64,000 nucleotides of DNA, from assembly GCA_950097015.1 (NCBI GenBank), contig CATNEN010000014.1, positions 1,178,001 to 1,242,000 of the forward strand. The letters run 5' to 3'. The stretch is from Macrostomum hystrix. Lineage: Eukaryota > Animalia > Platyhelminthes. Within the stretch, counting starts at the first letter, position 1. Every line of letters begins with the position of its first letter. Under the pieces are notes generated by a model. That model had not been told where the DNA came from and searched no databases. It saw only the letters and a list, made by a program, of their open reading frames with translations. Shown here one piece after another: positions 50,556-60,800 of the stretch. The position numbers and the translations under genes were made by a program.

Positions 50556-51809
50556 GTGACGCTCTCGTTGTGGACCCAGGCGAAATAATTAATGACAAAC
50601 ATGGCGGAAGATATGTGTAGCGGTAGCACTCAGACAATGACAGTAACAGTAGGCGATGACGAATAGCACTATTGGCGACGTTAACGGATATAGGTATACA
50701 GACAGGCTCGCGCGTTCCTAGCGTGAAATGACAAAAGAATAGGGTTGAATCTCTTCTTGCACTGCGGCGGGTAACAATTATGAAGTGAGAATAACAGAGG
50801 CTGGGATTACGGTGGCGTGATCGTATGGCGGTGCACTTCTGAGACTAGAAGGCTAGGCGGCGTGGTACAATGGGTTCTGGAACCTAAGAAATGCCGGTCG
50901 GTAAACAGGACAGCACTCTCTGACCCTGGCAAACTCGCTACGCTAAGGAATGGAGCGGCGGAAGTGGAACACGGCGGAAGAGAGAGCGAGCGGAGAAAGG
51001 AGGGAAGGAGCGCGGTCAGACAGACAGATAAGGAGCGGGCTGGGGGTGGGCGCACAAACAGAAGCTTAATTTTGACCCGGCATAATTTATGCCTGGCCTT
51101 TCAATTGGCTCGCGCAAAATTGCTAACTAAAACAATAAATTATCGATCGCAGCTAGAGTACATAGAGCTTTCGGTCGCATGGCACAAATTGAGTTGGTTT
51201 CGTACTCTAACGTTTGCTTAAAGTAGCCAATTGAACATTTTAACAATTGGCGGAAATTAATATTAAATTGACAAAATTCCAACAGGAGTTAAAACGGCCC
51301 ATGTTAGATCTACATTCAATGACAACGTCACAGTGCAGCATACTTTGAGTGAAGAGGCCCCAACAATGACGATGTTCGTTGGCGTTTACTTAGAGTATAA
51401 ATATAAAAACTTAAATTATTAGAACTTTAGAGTGAGAAACTAGCAACATATATAACTACATGGAGTGCAGTGGAACATTGAGCGGAGCACGGCAGGAGCT
51501 GCAGTGCAACTCACAGGGTCACATAAATTACGGAGAAGAAGCACGCCGCGCAGCAACGTCACAAAAATATTCTGGTGCGAACTCTGTACGTTCTTTTTAA
51601 ACTACAGCTAGCATTAAGCGTGACGCAACAGCTGCTATAGAATAGAAAAGCACAGGCGTCGTCGAGAAATCCAACGATAATCGTCGGGTTGTTTGGTGGC
51701 AACAACCACTAATAAATGCATAAATTTTCTGATCACAAAACTTCATCATGTAACCATGTCGGCTATTGCTCTCGATAATATTCCATTGGTTACATTCATA
51801 ATTATTATA

Positions 51810-51970
51810 ATATTGGACCAATATCGACTCGCCATAGAATTTTATACAGACCAATATTAGCTGTCCTTGTCACCAGGGTCATCGACACAAATCGACACAA
51901 ATCTCGAAGATGCTGACGTCGGACGGCTTTCAAATTTTAGTTCATCGTAAAGGGCGGAAAAATTCATCTG
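51810..51970 (+). repeat. Unclassified dispersed repeat, copy 3 of 3
   Basis: Aligns by eye with ~39470-39630 and ~11950-12095. Confidence 0.65.
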
Positions 51971-52829
51971 TATGGTTAAATTTTACAAAAATCAGTAATT
52001 CGGTTTGGGAGTTATCGTGAAATGGGCAGTGGGTATTTGAAGTACCCCAGTGGTATTTTCCCTATAGGGAGGAAATTACTGTGGTCTCTCTACTGTTAAA
52101 CGTTTGAGTACCAAAGCACGTGACGGCAATCAGCCAGGTAACTAAAATTCTGAAGACAGATTTCCAACACGCTGGTGTTATGATTTAAGCATGTGTAAGA
52201 AGCTATAATATCGAAATAACAGCAGCCGGTTATTTGCTTTGACAGTGGGTGCAGTGAGTGACATGATACAATTACAAAATGAGGCACCGATCTTTTAGGC
52301 GAACGAATTCTGTTATGAAGAGCGACCCGCTAATTACTTTGCCTTAAACTGATTTGGCTTGTGCAGTGAATATATAAAGAATGTATATTTGCTTTGTGCA
52401 TTTTAACTATCGTAACTAATCGTATAAGAAACGAAAAAGTAATTAAAACATAATTTTGTTTTAATGTTCGTCCAAAGAATTTTTGCAGTTTAACAGTAAA
52501 AAAGTATTTAGATGGCTAGCAGAAAAAGATATTTTCTGAAGTAAGTGAAAAAAATAAAAGAAATTAACTCATGTCAATCTTAGATAAATGTTTGTTTAGA
52601 GATAACTAATTAGCTGTAGTGTTAAATGTCTAGAAAAGAACAATTATGAACATTAGCAATATAAATATAAATGGTTTGTAATGACTTTTGCAGGTGCTTG
52701 TTGTTGCTGCAGTGGTAGGTGCTGTAGATACCTGGAATAAATAAACCAATACGCCAGTTTAAAAAAGGTGATAAAACAGTTTTCTGAGTTGTTGCCACTC
52801 CGTTGCTACGCGGTTGCCATGCCACCAGA

Positions 52830-55800
52830 TCAAACTAGCGGCTTTGACTCCGGTGACTCATTCTGCTTCTCGGCAGATCCGCCCGCAGCTCCGGAGTCAG
52901 TTCCGGCCTTCTCCATGGCGGTGTCGGACTGCCGCTCAGCCTGAGGGAAGGGGGAGAGTGCAAATTGAAATTGATTCTCTTGTCAGCCATTGGCCAGCAT
53001 AGATGTACGCTTAAATCAACCTCCAATCAAGGCCGGTCTAGAGTCCGACTCACCGGGGCACCGCCGCAGGAGGGCAGCCCGGCGGCCTTGAATCGGAACT
53101 CGATCGGCAGGGCGACGAAGGCGCCGATGGCGCCGGCCAGCAGCACAAGATACAGGCCCACCAGGTCACCAGGTGACAGCGTCCGGGGCGAGCTGCCGCT
53201 GTCCGAGTCGCACTTGTCGGAGTTCTTGCGCCACCAGCGGCTCTTCATACTGTCCAGTTCGCCGTTGGCCTTGACCTTCAGGATTGCCGCGTCAAGCGCC
53301 TGCTTGATGTCCGAGCCTAAGGGATATCGATGTGGTGGGATAAACGGATCAGAAATGGAGGGATCCAAAATGGAGGTTCGCCACAGCAGGAGTGAAGCCT
53401 GTCGGCTCACCCTTAGCAACAGCCAATCCGACGTCAACAGTGGAAAGTCCGGTGGGCACGGAAACGAGGTCGCACTCGGTCAGTGCGTGGTAGTCGGCCG
53501 ATATGCCCTCAGAGATCCACACGTAGTCGCCTTTCCTCACGCGGTCAAGGGCTTCGCTGTTTGAGTTGGAGTTGTGCTGCGGGTTGCGGCTCAGGAAGGC
53601 GTGCACAGCTCGGAATTCGGCCACGTTGGAGGTCTGCAGTCAGCAATGGACGATTTCATTGTTTGTTGAAGCTTGTATGAAACTGTACAAGCCCTGTGTT
53701 CTGATATTTCAACCAGTTAGAAACAGAGCCGTAGTAGATTTGAGAGCTTTAAAGTTCAGGTAGAAATCAATAACCCTGCCAGTTTAGTAAGTACGTAAAT
53801 GAGTAAAGAGGTCGGTGGCAGAGCGGTCTATCGCGTTTTTATCTTGCACCAGGCTGCCTGAGCTCGATTCTGCGGTGATGCCACATTCATTTGGGGCGCA
53901 GCCGCCGAGAGAAGGCTTGGGGGCTTGTCGTGCAATTTACGCCATTGAGAGTCAACCTCCAAGGCACAGTGAAATGTACGAGTTTTGCTTTCATCACTCT
54001 GATGAAAGTCAGAGCAGATGTGCACACATGTGTTAGCGTGTGCTTGCGTACGGTATCTGTGTGCGTGTGTGCTCAGGAGTCAGTGAAATTGGCAGAATTG
54101 CCTCCTCGCTGGCTGCAGTGTCACCAAATGATGTGCAATTGCCCGCAGCCTTCCTGCAATTATTACTTTTTTAAGTAAGCAAGTGAGTGCTTGTGGGTTT
54201 TTTTCTGTACCTGTTTCCCATTTTCTCTCTTCCCTTTCTCTCCCCTCCCTCTCTCCCTCCTCCTCCCCGCTCACAGCCAGCATGCTCTCGGTGGAACCGC
54301 CCTTCAGCACGCCGAACGGCACAGCCGTCTGTCCCACGAGGTCCAGCAAGTTGCTAAATTTGGCCGCCGCAGACGCCTGGCCGGCGAGCAGGCGGGGCAC
54401 GAGGCCGGCCGTGTAGCAGCAGGCCGTGGCAAGGGCGAACAGCCACCAGGCGAAGGCCAGGATGCGGGCTGCTGGCGCCTTCGGGGCGCGAGCGAAGCCT
54501 GCGGGAGTGATTTGGCGGCATTTAAGCTTCACTCTACCTGAAATGAATTCGCAGCCTCACCCTGAATGAATCCGCAGCGTCACCCTGAATGAATCCTCAG
54601 CCTCACCCTGAATGAATTCTCAGCCTCACCCTGAATGAATTCTCAGCCTCACCATGAATGAATCCTCAGCCTCACCCTGAATGAATCCTCAGCCTCACCC
54701 TGAATGAATCCTCAGCCTCACCCTGAATGAATCCTCAGCCTCACCCTGAATGAATCCTCAGCCTCACCCTGAATGAATCCTCAGCCTCACCCTGAATGAA
54801 TCCTCAGCCTCACCCTGAATGAATCCTCAGCCTCACCCTGAATGAATCCTCAGCCTCACCCTGAATGAATCCACAGCCTCACCCTGAATGAATCCTCAGC
54901 CTCACCCTGAATGAATCCTTAGCCTCACCCTGAATGAATCCACAGCCTCACCCTGAATGAATCCTCAGCCTCACCCTGAATGAATCCACAGCCTCACCCT
55001 GAATGAATCCTCAGCCTCACCCTGAATGAATCCTCAGCCTCACCCTGAATGAATCCACAGCCTCACCCTGAATGAACAGCCCGCCGGTGATGAAAGCGAA
55101 GGCCCCGCAGCCTGCCTTGCGGGCCTTGACGGCTACAGCGGAGTCGCCGCCACCGCTGCGCAGCTCGTAGGGGGACAGGAGGAAGATGACAAAGGCCAGC
55201 GCTGTGTAGATGATGTACATCAGCAGCAGCAGCAGCCACGTCTGGCACGGAGATTGGGGGCGACTGAGATAAATCTACCTGAGGAGTCTGACCAATCTAC
55301 CTGAGGAGTCTGACCAATCTACCTGAGGAGTCTGACCAATCTACCTGAGGAGTCTGACCAATCTACCTGAGGAGTCTGACCAATCTACCTGAGGAGTCTG
55401 ACCAATCTACCTGAGGAGTCTGACCGATCTACCTGAGAAGTCTGGCCAATCTACCTGGGTAGTCTGACCAATCTACCTGAGGAGTCTGACCAATCAACCT
55501 GGGTAGTCTGACCAACCTATCTGAGAAGTCTGACCAATCTACCCGAGGCGTAACTAACCGAGGCGGCAAACGGCTGAGCCAGGATGGCAGCGCTGGTAGC
55601 CTGCTGGCTGGGCTGGCGGTACAGCAGCGACATGCCGGAGGTGGACACCGGCAGGGTGAAGTCCACGGCCTCCAATCGGGCGGGCATTATGCGCAGCGTG
55701 GCCAAGGTCAGGTCGGCGGTCTGCGGGTGAGTAGTTGGCACTTAGCAGATTCCGCATCTGCACTCAAACAGCTTTCACTATTTGATCTCACGATAGCAGT

Positions 55801-56377
55801 AGTGCTTACCCGGTTCACAATGTCACCCATGAGGCCGTCCCAGCCGCCCTGCGGGGTTCGGCCGCCAAAGTTTCCGTCGGCCACCTCGAAGATTCGGTAC
55901 TGAAACTTCAGCTCCCGCTGCAGCAGGTTCAGAAGGTCCACGTAGAAGCCCTCATAGCCGACAGCGTCCGCCCCGGCTGTGCGCATCACGAACGGCTTTT
56001 GCTGTGAGTGCGCGGGATGGTTGGGATTTGGGATCAGAGGGGAATTGGGACTTTGGGATCAGAGGGGAATCGGGATATGGGATCAGAAGGGAATCGGGAT
56101 ATGGGATCACAGGTGAAAATTTCGATTTTGAATCAGAGGTGGCTGTTGCGATTCAGGAGCAGAAGATTTAGATATGGGATCAAAGGTGAAGATGGTTCTG
56201 TCCATGTAAACTATAGGGTGGCATTGTGACGCCTGGATGTCGCCATTCTCGATCGGTCACACTCACCAGCACTGTAACGACCTTGAGGGTCCTGTTCTCC
56301 AGGCTGGCAGTGGCTCCAAGCTGCCAGCAGCTGCTGAGTAGCAGGAGCAGTGGCAGCGGCGGCTGTCTGCAGGTCAT
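52830..56377 (-). CDS. Ionotropic glutamate receptor-like subunit lacking the amino-terminal domain, 8 exons, 486 aa
   Basis: Exons 56377-56267, 56001-55810, 55720-55559, 55241-55067, 54498-54275, 53633-53411, 53316-53054 and 52940-52830 join in frame. The signal peptide is followed directly by S1 (RTLKVVTVLQKPF..YEGFYVDLL..DGNFG..WDGLMGDI..ADL..RLEAVDFT), then M1, pore FIQG, M3, S2 (GGST, WISE, C, G, RWW..C) and M4. Confidence 0.9.
53811..54166 (+). mobile_element. tRNA-derived SINE (~355 bp), copy 1
   Basis: A-box-like TGGCAGAGCGG and a degenerate B box (GCTCGATTC). Colinear with the reverse complement of 63125-63481 over its whole length, ending in a TTA-rich tail. Confidence 0.78.
54548..55076. 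repeat. 23-bp intronic minisatellite made of the iGluR exon-4 splice donor
   Basis: About 23 copies of TCAGCCTCACCCTGAATGAATCC (minus strand GGATTCATTCAGG|GTGAGGCTGA). Confidence 0.95.
55268..55545. repeat. 22-bp intronic minisatellite (AATCTACCTGAGGAGTCTGACC)
   Basis: About 12 copies, degenerating toward 55545. Confidence 0.92.
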
Positions 56378-56436
56378 GGCTTGCTTGTGGCGGGATCCGG
56401 GCCGATAATCTGAAGTCCCAGTGGCGCCTGGAGCAG

Positions 56437-56443
56437 CTTTATA
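56437..56443 (-). promoter_or_regulatory. TATA box candidate for the ATD-less iGluR
   Basis: TATAAAG on the minus strand about 60 nt upstream of the ATG at 56377. Confidence 0.5.
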
Positions 56444-57127
56444 AGGCCGAAGTGACAGCTTTTATGAGGCTCAGGGCACGGGCGCTTCAGTCGCTCTCGC
56501 AGTCTTTCATTCACCGGCCAGGGGAGGGGGTGGGTGCATCGCGCCGGTTCTGCGCCCCCGACTCCGGGATCAGAATCGTCATGATTCCCGCCATGGTGCC
56601 CGAGGGGATAAATTATGGATGCGGCTGTCAGAGCTGGTTGGGGGTGCAAAAACTTGCCATGAAGTCTGGCTCACCGCAGTACCAAGGGGAGCAGTCAGCT
56701 CATGACTGATGCTCCATGAATTCAGTATGCAAGCTCAAACTGCTCAGCGGCCTCACTAACTGCTGCTGCTGCTGCTGCTGCTGCGCTCTGTTTTATGGCC
56801 GGCCGGGGTTGGGAGGCGCCCGAAGTCCTGAGGGCTGCGGGTGGACCCACAATGCAATTTGCCTAATTGCTGCTTCAGCGCAGCGGATGCTGGAGCAACC
56901 TGTGATGGGAGCTTGGATTCTGGCAGGCTTACCTGCATCATAGTATCACTTTGCAGTTGAAGCTGTGAACAGAAAACTGCTGAGATGAGAGCAGGTCAGG
57001 CCAAAATTTCTGCCCGTAACACGAAATAGGTCTTCGAATTTTAAAAAGCAATTCGCTTCTTAAAACTACATTAAAATTTGCCAGCCAATGAAACGATCAA
57101 CTCGTGTAACCCTATCTGTCCCCTGTT

Positions 57128-57563
57128 CCCTGTTTCTCATCTCACTGTTTCTCATCTCACTGTTTCTCATCTCACTGTTTCTCATCTCACTGTTTCTCAT
57201 CTCACTGTTTCTCATCTCACTGTTTCTCATCTCACTGTTTCTCATCTCACAGTTTCTCATCTCACAGTTTCTCATCTCACTGTTTCTCATCTCACTGTTT
57301 CTCATCTCACTGTTTCTCATCTCACTGTTTCTCATCTCACTGTTTCTCATCTTACTGTTTCTCATCTCACTGTTTCTCATCTCACTGTTTCTCATCTCAC
57401 TGTTTCTCATTTTACTGTTTCTCATCTCACTGTTTCTCATCTCACTGTTTCTCATCTCACTGTTTCTCATCTCACTGTTTCTCATCTCACTGTTTCTCAT
57501 CTCACAGTTTCTCATCTCACAGTTTCTCATCTCACTGTTTCTCATCTCACTGTTTCTCATCTC
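57128..57563. repeat. 15-bp minisatellite (CTCATCTCACTGTTT)
   Basis: About 29 copies between the two iGluR genes. Confidence 0.95.
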
Positions 57564-57872
57564 ACCCATTCTTGTCATCGCCAGCAGAAACAGAAACAGA
57601 CTGAATGCAAATTTCTATAGATCTTCGCAGTCATGAAACTGTATGTATTTGAGTCTTAAGCAGCTAACTGGTACAAAGTCAATAGTATGCCTCGATAAAG
57701 CACAGTACAGAATATTGAGTGCCAGAAATATACGAAACAGTGCAGCCTGCACAGTACTGCTTTAGTTCGTTGTCTATCGAGAGTGCGAGTGCCCTGTAAA
57801 GTCCCAACAAAGTCCCAACAAAGTCCCAATTGAGTCTCAGCTTTTGTTGTGATTGTCCAGCGGAAAATCCAC

Positions 57873-60800
57873 TCAAGACAGACCGTCTCGCGACCTGCCT
57901 GATGGGTGCCGCGGCTGCCGATCGGACTGCATCCAGCGGGCGTCCTCCGAGCTGCGCGCGCGGTGCAGTGCAGCGGCGGCAGCCCAATCGGCTTCGCCCA
58001 CGGATGACGTCATAAGGCGGGCCGCCTGGCGCCGGCCGCCGTTGCTGCTCGACGCGGAGGCGGTCGCTGCGGCAGTAGCGGCGATGGCCGCAGCTGCTGC
58101 CCGCTGGGCTCGCTGCGCCAGGTGGTTGGTGGGCCGCGTGGAGGGGCCGAAGCAGCGGGAGGCGAAGCGAAGCTCCTGGCAGAGCTCGGTGCTCATTGGT
58201 TGCTGGGAGATTGGGGGAGAAAATCTGGCTTAGACTGCTTGTTCACACATTTAGCCTCAGGGCATCCTGCGCCACTGTACTTACTCTTCTCTCACTCGCC
58301 TTCGCCCTGGTTTCCTCATCCTCTCCCTCGCATCCTCGCCTTCGCCTCCTCGCCCTCGCCTCCTCGCCCTCTCCGTGTCAATCTCGCCCCGTGTCCCGCA
58401 TCCTCACCCGCTCCTGCACGGCTCGCCGCTTGGCCTTAAAGCAGAACTCCAGCAGGGTGGTAAGGCCGCCCAGCAGCATGCCCACCAGCAGCACCACGTA
58501 GACGCCAGCCACCTGGTCGATGCCGAGTCCTGGCGGCTCTTCCTGGCCGTCGCTGGAGGCCTCGTCGCACGGCTTCTCGATGTCCTCCTCGCGCCACCAG
58601 CGGCGGCGCAGTTTCTCCAGCACCTGCTCCTTCTGCAGCTTCAGGATCACCTCCGAGATCACGTCGCGATAGGGTGAGCCTGGGATCGCAAGTTTGGGAT
58701 TCAATATTTGGGGAGAAAAGCGAACATTTTTGGAGAAAAACTCAGTTTAACTTAAATTGCAGACTGAGAAGATTGAAAAATTGAGAAGGTATAAAAATAA
58801 GGGAATGTGAAACATATGGGAGAAATGATCATAGATGATAAGAAGATAGGAGAAATGAGAGGAGGGGAAGAAGATGGGAGAAATGAGAGGATGGGAAGAA
58901 GATACGAGAAATGAGAGGATGGGAAGAAGATAGGAGAAATGAGAGGAGGGGAAGAAGATGGGAGAAATGAGAGGATGGGAAGAAGATGGGAGAAATGAGA
59001 GGAGGGGAAGAAGATGGGAGAAATGAGAGGATGGGAAGAAGATGGGAGAAGTGAGAGGATGGGAAGAAGATGGGAGAAATGAGAGGATGGGAAGAAGATG
59101 GGAGAAATGAGAGGATGGGAAGAAGATGGGAGAAATGAGAGGATGGGAAGAAGATGGGAGAAATGAGAGGATGGGAAGAAGATGGGAGAAATGAGAGGAT
59201 GGGAAGAAGATGGGAGAAATGAGAGGATGGGAAGAAGATGGGAGAAATGAGAGGATGGGAAGAAGATGGGAGAAATGAGAGGATGGGAAGAAGATGGGAG
59301 AAACGAGAGGATGGGAAGAAGATGGGAGAAATGAGAGGATGGGAAGAAGATGGGAGAAATGAGAGGATGGGAAGAAGATGGGAGTAATGAGAGGATGGGA
59401 AGAAGATGGGATAAAAGGCAGGAAGAACAGGTAGAAAAGGGATTCCTGCGCCTCACCGGTGGGCAGTCCGATGCCGTAGCCCTTGGAGTCCAGCAGGCCG
59501 CCGACCTTCATGAGGTCGCAGTTTCGCTCCGTGTAGTACTCGTTCATCGTGCTCTCCAGGATGAAGGCGTAGCCGCCTCTGCGCACCCGCTCGATGCCTT
59601 CCTGAGTTTTGTTCACGAACACTTCCGGCCGCTTGCTCATGAAATCCCACATGGTCTTGAACACCTGGATGCTCTTGGCCATCTGGGCGAGTTTTGGCAG
59701 GTTTTTTAGGAATTTACCCTCACTCACCTTGGATAAGTCATCAAGCAGAGATACTCCTTTCCTCAATGCTCTCTTCTCTTCCCAATCCTCTCTTCTCTTC
59801 TCAATCTTCTCTTCCCAATCCTCTCTTCTCTTCTCAATCTTCTCCTCCCAATCCTCTCTTCTCTTCCCAATCCTCTCTTCTCTTCCCATTCCTCTCTTCC
59901 CAATCTTCTCTTCCCAATCTTCTCTTCCCAATCCTCTCTTCGCTTCCCAAATCCTCTCTACGCTTCCCAATCCCCTCATCTCTTCCCAATCCTCTTCTCG
60001 CTATCCTCTCTTCCCCATCCTCTCTTCCTCATCATCTCTTCTCTTCCTAATCTACTCTTCTCGTCCCAATACTCTTCTCCCCATCCTCTCTTCCCAATTC
60101 TCTCTTCCCCCAAGCCTCTCCTCTATTTCCTACTTTTAAAATGATCTTTTTAAAATCCCTTTCTCCAATACCTTTTCTCAGTTCTCTCTTTCCATTTTCC
60201 TGCTCCCCATCCTCTCATCCCAACTGCATCACCTCGAAGAACTGGTAGGTGGAGCCGCTGGCCAGGGTGCCGTATTTGATCTTGGTCTGTCTGGCCAGGT
60301 CCTCCACGCTCTCGATAGGCGAATGCATTCGCTCCACGGTCAGGAAGGCGGCCAGGTTGGCCGTGTAGGAGCTGATCATGATCAGCGTGAAGAACCACCA
60401 GATGCCGCTGATCATCCTCGTGGACAGAGCACGCGGCCAGATTTCGGAGCCTGGAATGGATTCGGCGAGCTGGGGTAAAACCTCCAGAACCTCCGAGACC
60501 CCGCTCTCCTCCCTGACCATCCAGCTCTCCTCCCTGACCAACCAGCTCTCCTCCCTGACCAATCAGCTCTCCTCCCTGACATTCCCGCTCTCACCCAGAC
60601 ATTCCCGCTCTCACCCTGACATTCCCGCTCTCACCCTGACATTCCCGCTCTCACCCAGACATTCCCGCTCTCACCCTGACATTCCAGCTCTCACCCTGAC
60701 ATTCCCGCTCTCACCCTGACATTCCCGCTCTCACCCTGACATTCCCGCTCTCACCCTGACATTCCCGCTCTCACCCAGACATTCCAGCTCTCACCCTGAC

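Noticed and set aside
49465-50635. Mariner terminal inverted repeats
   Set aside because: Only a weak GAGTGC..CCGC similarity, with no clear TA-flanked TIR pair.
50817-51221. 134-aa ORF downstream of the mariner
   Set aside because: No ATG start, motif or splice context recognised.
53990-54015. Hammerhead ribozyme in the SINE (CTGATGA/CTGACGA...GAAA)
   Set aside because: There is no room for stem II between the core strands, and the two copies do not conserve a compatible fold.
57066-57636. MRNSE / VSHLT / LFLIS repeat ORFs (and similar ORFs at 30224, 42109, 43266, 58752, 62751)
   Set aside because: Translations of simple minisatellites, with no splice or domain support.
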